A stretch of DNA of 64,000 nucleotides, taken from contig DASXNY010000166.1 in the NCBI GenBank assembly GCA_036494715.1, forward strand, positions 801-64,800. The letters are read 5' to 3'. The position numbers were made by a program, and so were the translations under genes. Shown one piece after another: positions 26,011 to 35,471 of the stretch (positions within the stretch are counted from its first letter, which is position 1; each line of letters opens with the position of its first letter). Under the pieces are notes generated by a model, which saw nothing but the letters and a program-made list of their open reading frames with translations, was not told the origin of the DNA and did not search any database. Source of the DNA: Thermoleophilaceae bacterium (GTDB taxonomy: Bacteria > Actinomycetota > Thermoleophilia > Solirubrobacterales > Thermoleophilaceae).

Positions 26011-26697
26011 ATGCTTTTCGACCTCAAAGGTAAACGCCGGCGCGTGGTGCAGGGCACCTACATCCTGCTTGCCGTCCTCATGGGCGGCGGCCTGGTCCTG
26101 TTCGGCATCGGCGGCGGCACCAACGGTGGCCTCCTCGACGCCTTCAACGGCGGTGGCGGCGGCTCGAACAGCGGCAACAAGACGCTCGAGAAGCAGATCG
26201 CCGCGGCGCAGATCAAGCTCAACGCCAACCCGCAGAACCAGGCGGCACTGCAGCAGATCATCCGCGGCAACTACCAGCTGGCCGGGCTCAGCGTCGACAC
26301 CAATACGGGCGCGTACACGAGCGACGGGAAGGCGGATCTCCAGAAGGCCGCCAACGCCTGGGAGAAGTACCTCAGCTCGAACCCGGCCAAGCCCAACGTC
26401 ACGCTCGCGAACTACATGTTTCAGGCCTACGGCCAGACCGGGCTGAACAAGCCGGCGAAGGCGGAGAAGGCAGCGGTGATCATCGCTGCCGATCAGAACA
26501 GCTCGGCCGCGTACATACGCGTCGTCCAGTACGCCACCCTCGCCGGGGACAAGCGGACGGCGGATCTGGCCGCACAGAAGGCGGTGGGACTCGCCTCCAA
26601 GAGCGAGCGTAGTAGCGTTAAGCAGGCGGTCAAGGCTGCCCAGTCGGCCGGTACGACCACACAAGCTCAGAATGGGAGCAGCGGGAGCGGCGGCTAG
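26011..26697 (+). CDS. membrane-anchored hypothetical protein (N-terminal TM, Gly-rich linker, helical repeat-like ectodomain)
   Basis: Single TM segment YILLAVLMGGGLVLFGI. Coding-like composition. No family recognised. Confidence 0.5.
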   Translation: MLFDLKGKRRRVVQGTYILLAVLMGGGLVLFGIGGGTNGGLLDAFNGGGGGSNSGNKTLEKQIAAAQIKLNANPQNQAALQQIIRGNYQLAGLSVDTNTGAYTSDGKADLQKAANAWEKYLSSNPAKPNVTLANYMFQAYGQTGLNKPAKAEKAAVIIAADQNSSAAYIRVVQYATLAGDKRTADLAAQKAVGLASKSERSSVKQAVKAAQSAGTTTQAQNGSSGSGG

Positions 26698-26742
26698 CCT
26701 TTCCCGTGGCCGGGACGTAACAGTACGACTACGAGGAGTCAG

Positions 26743-27102
26743 GTGAACTTCCAGATCAACGACGAACAGATCGACGCCGATACCCATGTGATTGAGCTCG
26801 GCGGGGAGATCGACCTCTACACCGCTCCCGAGTTCAAGGAGCGCATGGTCCAGGTGATCGAGGACGGCAAGAAGCAGGTGATCGTCGACCTGTCGAAGGC
26901 CACGTTCATCGACTCGACCACGCTCGGCGTGCTCGTCGGCGGGGTCAAGCGGCTACGGCCGGCGGGCGGCACTCTCGCCCTCGTCTGCAGCGACCCGAAC
27001 ATCGTCAAGATCTTCGAGATCACGGGCCTCGACCGGGTCTTCCCGATCCACGCCACACGCGACGAGGCGCTCTCCGCGGTCAAGCAGGGCGGCGCGGCCT
27101 AG
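26743..27102 (+). CDS. STAS-domain anti-sigma-factor antagonist
   Basis: GEIDLYTAPEFKE...VIVDLSKATFIDSTTLGVLVG...IFEITGL pattern with a phosphorylatable Ser/Thr. Confidence 0.88.
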   Translation: MNFQINDEQIDADTHVIELGGEIDLYTAPEFKERMVQVIEDGKKQVIVDLSKATFIDSTTLGVLVGGVKRLRPAGGTLALVCSDPNIVKIFEITGLDRVFPIHATRDEALSAVKQGGAA

Positions 27103-27152
27103 CGCTCTAGAATCTCGTGTCGGCCCGCGTCCCCCGGGCACCCTTCATGCAC

Positions 27153-27225
<73 letters not shown>

Positions 27226-27256
27226 TAGCCACGTCGCAGTGCCGGCGTGTAGGCCG

Positions 27257-27847
27257 ATGAGAAAGCTTCAGAGCCAGGGCGTCCACCACATCACCCTCAC
27301 GGGCGCCGACCGACGAACGTCGATCGACTTCTGGGAGGGCCTGCTCGGCATGCCGTTCGTGTTCGAGCAGCCCAACCTCGACAACGAGGCCGAGAGCCAC
27401 CTCTACTTCGACCCGGGCGACGGCCGTCTGATCACCGTCTTCACGAACGAGGAGCGCACCGGCGATCCGGAGCGCACGCCCACGGATCCCGGCTGCGTCC
27501 ACCACCTCGCCTTCTCGCTCTCGCAGGCCACCTTCAAGCAGGCGGTGGAGCGGCTCGACGAGCGAGGCATCCGCCACAGTGGCGTCAAGGATCGCGGCTT
27601 CATGGACTCGATCTACTTCGAGGATCCGCTCGGCCTCCTGATCGAGCTCGCGTCGTACCGCTTCGAGCCGCCCACGGGCTTCACGCACGCCGAGGTGCTG
27701 CTCGAGGCGCACCGGCTGCGCGTCGAGCGCGGCGACTACAACATCGACCAGGAGCACCTCGCCGACGCGATCGAGCGGCTGGTCACGCGCTCGCGCGAGA
27801 CCCTCTCCGAGGACCGTTCGCCAAAGGATCCATACCGGCACGGCTGA
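27257..27847 (+). CDS. VOC/glyoxalase-family protein (ring-cleaving dioxygenase like)
   Basis: GVHHITLTGADRRTSIDFWEGLLGM and VHHLAF duplicated βαβββ modules. Confidence 0.85.
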   Translation: MRKLQSQGVHHITLTGADRRTSIDFWEGLLGMPFVFEQPNLDNEAESHLYFDPGDGRLITVFTNEERTGDPERTPTDPGCVHHLAFSLSQATFKQAVERLDERGIRHSGVKDRGFMDSIYFEDPLGLLIELASYRFEPPTGFTHAEVLLEAHRLRVERGDYNIDQEHLADAIERLVTRSRETLSEDRSPKDPYRHG

Positions 27848-27881
27848 TCCGCGTGACGGACTTGTCGGGTCCTGCCGGGCC

Positions 27882-28304
27882 GTGTACGCTCGCGCCGTGA
27901 CTCGCGACGATCTGGCTGTCGTGTCGCGGATGTTTGCGTGCTGGTCTGCTGAGGATCTCGATGGAATCTTGGAGTGCGTCGATCCTCAGCTGCGCTGGCG
28001 CACCGCCGCGGACGGGCGCCTCTACAGGGGGCACGAGGGCGTGCGCAAGTTCTTCGCGCGCTGGCGCGCCGAGGGTCAGCGGCTCGAGGTGCCCCTCCAG
28101 CGAACGTTCGAGGTCGCCCCAGGGCACGTGCTCGCGGTCGGGCGGCTGCGCCTGATTCAACCGGGGCGCGGCCTCGCGGACTCGCCCGGAGTGTGGGCCT
28201 TCCACGTGCGCGACGCGCTGATTACGGAGATCCAGTCGTACCGCACGGAGCGCGAGGCCACCGAGGCGCTCGAGCGCGCGCGCAGGCTCCCCGCCAGCGC
28301 CTAG
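27882..28304 (+). CDS. SnoaL/NTF2-like fold protein
   Basis: Size and pattern fit (VVSRMFACWSAEDLDGILECVDPQLRW...). The start could be the GTG at 27897. Confidence 0.65.
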   Translation: MYARAVTRDDLAVVSRMFACWSAEDLDGILECVDPQLRWRTAADGRLYRGHEGVRKFFARWRAEGQRLEVPLQRTFEVAPGHVLAVGRLRLIQPGRGLADSPGVWAFHVRDALITEIQSYRTEREATEALERARRLPASA

Positions 28305-28487
28305 TCCCGCCGCCGATCCGCAGTTAGTGCGGGTAGCCACACACGGTTTCACTGGCTCACCGTATGGCTCTGCAGTGGGCTCGGGTGGAGTATGTGCTAG
28401 TCGCAATTGATCCGAACGGTCACATCGGCCGAACGTCCCAGCACAACCACCGCGTACTCGAAAGGCCCACTCGCACGGAGATCTCAG

Positions 28488-28946
28488 ATGGCAACCTGGC
28501 AAACATCCATGACTGTCCAGGCACAACCCGAGCAGATCCTCGACGTGCTCACCGATCCGGAAGCGGCGGTGCGTTGGTCACCCATCGATTTCGAGGTCGA
28601 GCACATCGAAGGCGGTCGGCTCAAGACTGGCGGCCGCGCCCGCGTCACCGGGCGTCTCGCCGGCAAGGAGATCGCCTTCGACGTCGAGGTGATCCAGGCG
28701 ACTGAGCAGCGCCTCCTGCTCACCGCCACGGGCCCCATCGAAATCGACGTCAAGTACGACGTCGAGGTGATGGACTCGCACGTTGAGCTGAGGGCGTGGG
28801 TCACGGTGCGCAGCCGGGGCGGCCTCTTCGGCCGCATCCTCTCCGGCGCCACCGAGGGCCTGCTCGGCGCGGGCATGCTCAACGCGGCCGTGGCGCGCAT
28901 CGCTCGCGAGGTCGAAGCCTCGCACGAGCTGCCGCTCGCCGCCTAG
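28488..28946 (+). CDS. SRPBCC-superfamily (polyketide cyclase/dehydrase-like) protein
   Basis: ATG at 28488 with a GGAG SD. The pattern TSMTVQAQPEQILDVLTDPEAAVRWSP is typical of this family. Confidence 0.72.
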   Translation: MATWQTSMTVQAQPEQILDVLTDPEAAVRWSPIDFEVEHIEGGRLKTGGRARVTGRLAGKEIAFDVEVIQATEQRLLLTATGPIEIDVKYDVEVMDSHVELRAWVTVRSRGGLFGRILSGATEGLLGAGMLNAAVARIAREVEASHELPLAA

Positions 28947-28992
28947 ACGCTCCCGCCGGGCCGGCCGGCCCGCTCTCAGTAGGCTTGCAGGC

Positions 28993-29832
28993 GTGACTCA
29001 GGCCCCCACAGAGGGCAGCGCGCTCGCCTCCACCGCCGAGCTCGCCTGCCTCGATGGCAAGGTCGCGCCCGCGGCCGAGACCTCGATCCCGGTGCTCGAC
29101 GACGGCTTCCTGCGCGGTGACGGCGTGTTCGAGGCGCTGCGCGTCTACGCGGGGCGCCCGTTCGCGACCAGCGACCACCTCGATCGCCTGGAGCGCTCGG
29201 GTAAGAATCTGCACCTCCACTATGCGGTGCCGCGCGCCGAGCTGGAGGCCGAGATGGCCGAGCTGATCGAGCGCCGCGGCGGCGCGGAGTGGGACGGCGC
29301 GTTGCGCATCGTTCTCACCCGCGGCGGCCACCGGCTCGTGATCACCGAGACGCTGCCGGAGTACGCGGAGCGAGCGCGGCTCGCGTTCGTCACCTACTCG
29401 CCCACGCGGATCCTGGACGGCGTGAAGTCGCTCTCGTACGCCGCCAACATGCTGGCCACGCGCATCGCCAAGGAGCGTGGCTTCGACGACGCGCTGCTCG
29501 TAACCCCGCACGGCCGCGTGCTCGAGCTGCCCACCTCGTCGATCTTCTGGGTCAATCCCGCCGGCGAGCTCTGCACGCCGCCGCTCGACGAGCACATCCT
29601 GGCTTCGATCACGCGCGATCGGCTGATGCGCCTGACGGATGCCCAGGAGCGCTCGTGCACGCGCGAGGACCTGCTCGAGGCGCGCGAGGCGTTTGTGGCT
29701 TCGAGCATCCGCGAGGTGCAGCCCGTGGGCGCGATCGAGGAGCGCGAGTTCGGCGTGCCCGGGGAGCGCACACTCGCTTCGCGGGATGCCCTGCGCGCGC
29801 AGATCGAGGAGAAGCTCGGACGCGCTTCTTAG
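28993..29832 (+). CDS. fold-type IV aminotransferase (BCAT / D-amino-acid aminotransferase / ADC-lyase family)
   Basis: DDGFLRGDGVFEALRVY and the K in VKSLSYAANMLA, then ELPTSSIF and REV motifs. Confidence 0.85.
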   Translation: MTQAPTEGSALASTAELACLDGKVAPAAETSIPVLDDGFLRGDGVFEALRVYAGRPFATSDHLDRLERSGKNLHLHYAVPRAELEAEMAELIERRGGAEWDGALRIVLTRGGHRLVITETLPEYAERARLAFVTYSPTRILDGVKSLSYAANMLATRIAKERGFDDALLVTPHGRVLELPTSSIFWVNPAGELCTPPLDEHILASITRDRLMRLTDAQERSCTREDLLEAREAFVASSIREVQPVGAIEEREFGVPGERTLASRDALRAQIEEKLGRAS

Positions 29833-29995
29833 GCGCGCGGGTCGTGGTGCACGGTGCCGTCCATCTGGTAGCTGAGGTACCAGATCACGTGGCGGGCCAC
29901 GTCGGCGGCAACTGTGGCGGCCTCGACCGCTCCCCCTATGAGCATGCGCTTCATCTCAACTCCATCCTAAGCCTGGTTTACGACTTCCGCCACAC

Positions 29996-31075
29996 GTGAG
30001 AATTGCCACCATCGTCGGTAATCGACCGCAGTTCGTGAAGGCCGCAGCGGTCTCCCGCCGCCTGCGCGAGGCGCACGAGGAGCTGCTCGTGCACACCGGC
30101 CAGCACTACGACAACGAGCTGTCGCGCATCTTCTTCCAGGAGCTCGGCGTTCCTGCCCCCGAGCGCGAACTGGGGGTCGGGTCAGGGACCGCCGCGGAGC
30201 AGACCTCGCGCATGCTCGCCGCGCTCGAGCCGGTGCTCCGGGAGTGGGGCCCAGAGCTCGTGCTCGTCTACGGCGACACCAACTCCACGCTGGCGGGCGC
30301 GCTGACCGCAGCGCAGCTGGAGCTCGATGTCGCCCACGTCGAGGCGGGCATGCGCTCGGGCGACTGGTCGATGCCCGAGGAGCTCAACCGCGTGCTCACC
30401 GACCACGCGAGCGATCTCTTGCTGTGCTCCACGCCCACAGCGGTCGCCAACCTCGAGCGCGAGGGAGCGCACGGGCGCGTGGAGCTCGTGGGCGACGTGA
30501 TGGCGGACGTGTCGCTGGCGTTCGCCTCGGTGGCGGAGGAGCGCTCGCGCGCCCTCGAGGAGCACGGCGTCGAGCCTGGCGGCTACCTGCTCGTGACGGC
30601 GCACCGGGCCGGCAACGTCGACGATCCGCACCGCCTCGAGCTGCTCGTCGAGCTGCTCGAGTCGCTGCCGGGGCAGCGCATCTTTCCGCTGCACCCGCGC
30701 ACGCGTGCGCGGCTCGAGGCGGCCGACCTGCTCGATCGCCTTGGCTCGGCGCCGGGCCTGCAGCTGACGTTCCCGCTCGGCTACCTCGACTTCCTCACGC
30801 TGGCGCGGCACGCGCGCGCGATCTTCACCGATTCGGGCGGGGTGCAGAAGGAGGCGTACCTGCTCGGCACGCCGTGCGTGACCCTGCGCTCCACCACGGA
30901 ATGGGTCGAGACCGTCGAGCAGGGCTGGAATGTGCTCGTGGACCTCGACCGCGACGCGGCGCTCGCCGCGCTGGAGCGCAAGCCGCCGCCCGGCGAGCGG
31001 CCCGAGCTCTACGGCGGCGGTCACGCGGCCGAGCGCATTTGCGACGTGCTCGCCACCTACACTCCGGCCGGATGA
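29996..31075 (+). CDS. wecB: UDP-N-acetylglucosamine 2-epimerase (non-hydrolysing)
   Basis: IATIVGNRPQFVK, HTGQHYD, DTNSTLAGAL, HVEAGMRS and DSGGVQKEA motifs. Confidence 0.92.
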   Translation: MRIATIVGNRPQFVKAAAVSRRLREAHEELLVHTGQHYDNELSRIFFQELGVPAPERELGVGSGTAAEQTSRMLAALEPVLREWGPELVLVYGDTNSTLAGALTAAQLELDVAHVEAGMRSGDWSMPEELNRVLTDHASDLLLCSTPTAVANLEREGAHGRVELVGDVMADVSLAFASVAEERSRALEEHGVEPGGYLLVTAHRAGNVDDPHRLELLVELLESLPGQRIFPLHPRTRARLEAADLLDRLGSAPGLQLTFPLGYLDFLTLARHARAIFTDSGGVQKEAYLLGTPCVTLRSTTEWVETVEQGWNVLVDLDRDAALAALERKPPPGERPELYGGGHAAERICDVLATYTPAG

Positions 31076-32073
31076 GCACCCGCATCGGCGTGGTGGGCCT
31101 GGGGTACTGGGGCCCCAACCTCGCCCGAAATTTCGACCGTCTGCCGGGCGCCGAGCTGCGCTGGATCTGCGACCAGTCGCAGGAGGCGCTCGATCGCTTC
31201 GCGTCCTCGTTCCCGGACGCGCGCACAGCGACCGACCTCGACGAGCTGCTCGCGGACCCGGAGCTCGACGCGGTGGTCGTGGCCACGCACGTGCCGTCGC
31301 ACGCGGCGCTGGCCGTGCGCGCGCTCGGCGCGGGCAAGCACTGCTTCGTCGAGAAGCCGCTCGCCCAGTCGGTGGCCGAGGCCGAGCAGGTGGTGGCGGC
31401 CGCGCGCGAAACGGGCCGGGTGCTGATGGTGGGGCACCTGCTCGAGTACCACCCGGGCGTCGAGAAGCTCAAGGAGATCACCGACAGCGGCGAGCTCGGC
31501 GAGGTCCATTACCTCTACTCGAACCGGCTCAACCTCGGCAAGCTGCGCCCGGACGAGAACGCGCTCTGGAGCCTCGGCGCCCACGACGTTTCAGTCCTGC
31601 TCCACCTCGCCGGCGGCGAGGAGCCGAGCGAGTGCCACGCCTTCGGTGAGAGCTACATGCAGCCGGGGATCGAGGACGTCGTGTTCTGCTACCTGCGCTT
31701 CCCGTCCGGGCTCTCGGCGCACCTGCACCTGTCGTGGCTCGACCCGCACAAAGAGCGCCGCTTCACGGTCGTCGGCTCGAAGAAGATGGCCACCTTCGAC
31801 GACATGGAGATCGAGCGCAAGCTCAGCGTCTACGACAAGGGCTTCGACCAGAAGTACGAGTCCTACGGCGAGTACGTCACGCGCTCGGGCGACATCTGGT
31901 CGCCGCACGTGTCGAACGAGGAGCCGCTGCGCATCGAGTGCCGCCACTTCATCGAACGGATCGCCGACGGCGGCGAGCCGCGCTCGGGCGGCGAGAGCGG
32001 CCTGCGCGTCGTGCGCGTGCTCGAGGCGCTGCAGCGCTCGCTCGAGGGGAGCTCGCGTGCTGCGGCCGTCTGA
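31072..32073 (+). CDS. Gfo/Idh/MocA-family NAD-dependent sugar(-nucleotide) oxidoreductase
   Basis: ATGA overlap with wecB. IGVVGLGYWGPNLARNF Rossmann motif and EKPLA motif. Confidence 0.88.
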   Translation: MSTRIGVVGLGYWGPNLARNFDRLPGAELRWICDQSQEALDRFASSFPDARTATDLDELLADPELDAVVVATHVPSHAALAVRALGAGKHCFVEKPLAQSVAEAEQVVAAARETGRVLMVGHLLEYHPGVEKLKEITDSGELGEVHYLYSNRLNLGKLRPDENALWSLGAHDVSVLLHLAGGEEPSECHAFGESYMQPGIEDVVFCYLRFPSGLSAHLHLSWLDPHKERRFTVVGSKKMATFDDMEIERKLSVYDKGFDQKYESYGEYVTRSGDIWSPHVSNEEPLRIECRHFIERIADGGEPRSGGESGLRVVRVLEALQRSLEGSSRAAAV

Positions 32074-32767
32074 GCGGGCGCCGGGGCTGCTGCTGGGCGA
32101 CGGCGTCACGCTCCCCGACAGCGCCTGGGTGGGCGGCAACGTCGTGATCCACGACGGCACGCTGGTGGGCGAGCGCGCGTACATCCAGGACGGCGCCGTG
32201 CTCGGCAAGCCGCTCGCGCTCGGACCGGACTCCACCGCGCGGCGCGGGGAGCTCGCACCGCTCGCGCTCGGCGAGGGCGCCATCGTGGGCGCCAACGCGG
32301 TGGTGCACGGGGGCGCGCGCATCGCCGCCGGCGCGGTGGTGGGCGACCGGGCGCACGTGCGCGAGCGCGCGGTTGTGGGCGAGGGCTCGGTCGTCGGGTC
32401 GGGCACCGCGGTCGACAACGACGTGACGATTGGGGCGCGCGTGAAGGTCCAGACGGGCTGTTACCTCACCGCTTTCAGTCTCGTCGAGGACGACGTGTTC
32501 GTCGCGCCCGGCGTGACGACCACGAACGACAACGCGATGGGCCGCCACGAACGCGGCGAAGCCCTCCAGGGCGCCACGCTCCGGCGCGCCTGCCGCGTCG
32601 GTGCCGGCTCGATCCTGCTACCGGCCATCGAGGTGGGCGAGGAGGCGTTCGTGGCGGCTGGGGCGCTCGTGACGCGCGACGTGGCCGCCCGCACGCTGGT
32701 GATGGGCGTGCCGGCCAAGGTGGTGCGCGAGGTGGAGGAAGCGGAGCTGCTCGAGCGGTGGCGCTGA
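32057..32767 (+). CDS. left-handed β-helix (hexapeptide) acyl/acetyltransferase
   Basis: GTG at 32057. Repeated [LIV]G-x4 hexapeptide units throughout. Confidence 0.8.
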   Translation: MLRPSERAPGLLLGDGVTLPDSAWVGGNVVIHDGTLVGERAYIQDGAVLGKPLALGPDSTARRGELAPLALGEGAIVGANAVVHGGARIAAGAVVGDRAHVRERAVVGEGSVVGSGTAVDNDVTIGARVKVQTGCYLTAFSLVEDDVFVAPGVTTTNDNAMGRHERGEALQGATLRRACRVGAGSILLPAIEVGEEAFVAAGALVTRDVAARTLVMGVPAKVVREVEEAELLERWR

Positions 32768-33432
32768 GGCTCGCGAGGATTGCCCGCGTCCCGACCGCCG
32801 GCCGCAGGCGGGCGGAGCAGCGCGTGCGCATCCTCGCGGGCGTGGCGGCGGTGACCAGCGTGGCGGCGATCGTCACCGAGTACGGGCGCGTCTGGCGTCG
32901 CGGCGACGCGCCGCTGCCGCAGGAGACGGACCAGGTGCTGGCGGCGGCGGGCGAGGCCGTGGTTGAGACCGTGGCCGTCGCGCGCGTCGGCTACCAGGAG
33001 GTGACGACCTACGAGCGCGCGCTGTTCAACCTGTTCTCCTCGTTTCTCGCGGCGTTCGTGTCCTCGCGCGGGCTGGCGCACGCGCTGCGCCGGCGCCAGC
33101 GCATCGGCCCGTTCCGCGACCTGATCGTGGGCAACCGCCACATCCACCACTTCATCCCGGGCATCGCGCTCGCCTTCGGCTCGGGTACCGCCGCCTTCTT
33201 CGTGCGCGGGGAGCGCACCCGCTCGCGGCTCGCGCTGGGCTTCGGCGCCGGCATGGGCATGACGCTCGACGAGTCGGCGCTGCTGCTCGAGCTGGACGAC
33301 GTCTACTGGTCGGAGAGCGGGCTCCTGAGCGTGCAGATCGCGCTCACACTCGCCGCGCTGCTGGGCGCGCTGGCCACCGCGCTGCGGCTGCTCCGCCGCG
33401 GCGAGGAGATCGTACTGCCGGACCTCGGCTGA
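32758..33432 (+). CDS. hypothetical integral membrane protein
   Basis: GTG overlapping the acetyltransferase stop. 3-4 hydrophobic segments. No family recognised. Confidence 0.5.
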   Translation: MALRLARIARVPTAGRRRAEQRVRILAGVAAVTSVAAIVTEYGRVWRRGDAPLPQETDQVLAAAGEAVVETVAVARVGYQEVTTYERALFNLFSSFLAAFVSSRGLAHALRRRQRIGPFRDLIVGNRHIHHFIPGIALAFGSGTAAFFVRGERTRSRLALGFGAGMGMTLDESALLLELDDVYWSESGLLSVQIALTLAALLGALATALRLLRRGEEIVLPDLG

Positions 33433-33443
33433 GTATCGCGAGA

Positions 33444-34751
33444 CTAAGCCGCGACGCCCTGCACGCGCCGCGCGGCCTCGGTCCAGATCATCTGGTCGCG
33501 ACCCGGGCCGACGCCGATCAGCACCACCGGCACGCCCAGGAAGTCCTCGATGAAGGTCAGGTAGTCGCGCGCGGTCTGCGGCAGGTCCTCGATGTTGCGC
33601 GCGCGCGAGATGTCCTCGTGCCAGCCGGGCAGCTCGGTGTACGAGCCGGTGACCTTGTGCAGGATCGACTGGTGGTAGGGGAACTCGCGGAAGCGCGCCC
33701 CCTCGGGGCCGGTGTACTCGGTGGCCACGTGCAGCGGGTCGATGCCGGTGAGCACGTCGAGCTTGGTGATCGCCAGGCCGGTGAGCCCGTTGAGGCGCAC
33801 CGCGTAGCGGAGCGCCACGAGGTCGAGCCAGCCGCAGCGCCGCGCGCGCCCGGTGGTGGTGCCGAACTCGCCGCCCGCCTCGCGCAGCCGCTCGCCCATC
33901 TCGTCGTCGAGCTCGGTGGGGAAGGGCCCCGCCCCGACGCGCGTGACATAGGCCTTGGTGATGCCCCACGCGTCGTCGATGTCCTTCGGCCCGACGCCTG
34001 CCCCGACACAGGCCGCCCCCGCGATCGGGTTGGACGAGGTGACGAACGGATAGGTGCCGTGGTCGATGTCGAGCAGTGTGCCCTGCGCGCCCTCGAACAG
34101 CACCAGCCGGTCGCTGTCGAGCGTGTCCCAGACGATGCGCTGCGTGTCCGCGATGAAGGGCTCGAGACGGTGACCGAGCGTGCGGTACTCCTCAGTCATC
34201 GCGTGCAGGTCGAGCGACGGGTCCTTGGCGTAGGGGCGCAGCGACAGCCGCTTGGGCTCCATCGCGGCGTTGATCTTCTGCTTGAGGATCTTCTCGTCGA
34301 GCAGGTCCTGCATGCGGATGCCCAGGCGCGCCGCCTTGTCCGCGTAGCAGGGCCCGATGCCGCGGCGCGTCGTGCCGATCTGCAGCTTGCCGAGCTTGGT
34401 CTCGCCCGCGTGGTCGAGCAGCAGGTGGTAAGGCATGATCAGGTGCGCGTTGGCCGAGATTCGCAGGCCGCTCGTGTCGACGCCGCGGCGGCGCAGCTCG
34501 TCGAGCTCGGAGGTGATCACCTTGGGATCGACCACAACGCCGTTGCCGATCAGGCAGAGCTTGCCGGGATAGAGGATCCCGGACGGGACGAGGTGGAACT
34601 TGTAGACCTCGTTCCCGCGCACGATCGTATGGCCGGCGTTGTTGCCGCCCTGGAAGCGGATCACGACGTCGGCCGTCTCGGCGAGCAGGTCCGTGACCTT
34701 GCCCTTCCCTTCGTCGCCCCACTGGGCGCCGACTATCACCAAGCCAGGCAT
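33444..34751 (-). CDS. purA: adenylosuccinate synthase
   Basis: VIVGAQWGDEGKGK P-loop, GGNNAGHT and TTRRGIGP motifs. Confidence 0.95.
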   Translation of the reverse strand: MPGLVIVGAQWGDEGKGKVTDLLAETADVVIRFQGGNNAGHTIVRGNEVYKFHLVPSGILYPGKLCLIGNGVVVDPKVITSELDELRRRGVDTSGLRISANAHLIMPYHLLLDHAGETKLGKLQIGTTRRGIGPCYADKAARLGIRMQDLLDEKILKQKINAAMEPKRLSLRPYAKDPSLDLHAMTEEYRTLGHRLEPFIADTQRIVWDTLDSDRLVLFEGAQGTLLDIDHGTYPFVTSSNPIAGAACVGAGVGPKDIDDAWGITKAYVTRVGAGPFPTELDDEMGERLREAGGEFGTTTGRARRCGWLDLVALRYAVRLNGLTGLAITKLDVLTGIDPLHVATEYTGPEGARFREFPYHQSILHKVTGSYTELPGWHEDISRARNIEDLPQTARDYLTFIEDFLGVPVVLIGVGPGRDQMIWTEAARRVQGVAA

Positions 34752-34763
34752 GTGCTTGTGAGT

Positions 34764-35471
34764 CTAGGGAGCCGCGACCTGCCGAAGGTCCCGGCCCATG
34801 ATCGGGATGGCCGGGCCGCAGACGCCCTCGATGCGCGACACGGTGCGGAAGCCGATCTGCTCGCGCAGCTCGTCGAGCCCGAGGTTGGTGGTGACCATTA
34901 TCGAGCGCTCGTTCTGCCAGCGCTCGTTGACGATGGAGTAGAGCTGCTCGAGCACCCAGTCGGTGCGCTTCTCGGCGCCGAGGTCGTCGAGGTGGAGCAC
35001 GTCGACGTCGCAGAGCCGCCGGAAGAGCTCCGCGTAGGAGCGGTCCGCGTCGGCCTCGTAGGTCTCCTTGATGTCCGCGAGCAGACGCGGCACCGAGTAG
35101 ATCGCGACGCTGCGCCCGGCCTCGAGCGCCGCCTTCGACACGAGCATGGCCAGCGACGTCTTGCCGGTGCCGACGTCCCCGTAGAACCAGAGCCCGTTGC
35201 CATCGTCCACGTTCTTCTCGATGCGACGCACGAACTGGCGCACCTGCTGGACGACATACGGATCCATGTCGGCGATTGGGTGGCGCTCGAACGACACGCC
35301 CCGGAAGCGCTTCGGGATGCCGGTGCCGATGCGGCGGCTGGTGGAACGGTTGATGCGGCGCTCGCGACAGGCGCAGGCCCGCGCGACGTTGGTCTCCTCG
35401 TCGAGCAGCCAGCCGCTGCCGTCGCACAAGCGCTCCGGGCAGAAGCCCGTGAGCTCGGCCGGCTCGTTCAC
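34764..35471 (-). CDS. DnaC/DnaI-like AAA+ helicase-loader protein (IstB-like ATPase fold) with an N-terminal Cys cluster
   Basis: CPERLCDGSGW...ACAC cysteines, Walker A GDVGTGKTS, Walker B LHLDDLG. 4-nt overlap with dnaB. Confidence 0.78.
   Translation of the reverse strand: MNEPAELTGFCPERLCDGSGWLLDEETNVARACACRERRINRSTSRRIGTGIPKRFRGVSFERHPIADMDPYVVQQVRQFVRRIEKNVDDGNGLWFYGDVGTGKTSLAMLVSKAALEAGRSVAIYSVPRLLADIKETYEADADRSYAELFRRLCDVDVLHLDDLGAEKRTDWVLEQLYSIVNERWQNERSIMVTTNLGLDELREQIGFRTVSRIEGVCGPAIPIMGRDLRQVAAP

Noticed and set aside
28305-28487. 183-nt lower-GC spacer upstream of the SRPBCC gene as a possible riboswitch or small RNA.
   Set aside because: I found only a short CCGCA-gttag-TGCGG hairpin after the preceding gene and an ordinary GGAG SD. 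There is no conserved riboswitch core I can recognise. A covariance-model scan would be needed.
29829-29954. 41-codon - strand ORF (MKRMLIGGAVEAATVAADVARHVIWYLSYQMDGTVHHDPRA) in the spacer between the fold-type IV aminotransferase and wecB.
   Set aside because: It is too short to evaluate. There is no clear SD and no recognisable family, and it could be a chance ORF. Ribosome profiling or conservation data would be needed.
34764-35471. The IstB-like ATPase could be the helper gene of an IS21-family insertion sequence.
   Set aside because: There is no IstA transposase ORF, no terminal inverted repeats that I can see, and no compositional break. The gene overlaps the dnaB stop by 4 nt, which fits a chromosomal DnaC/DnaI-type loader better.
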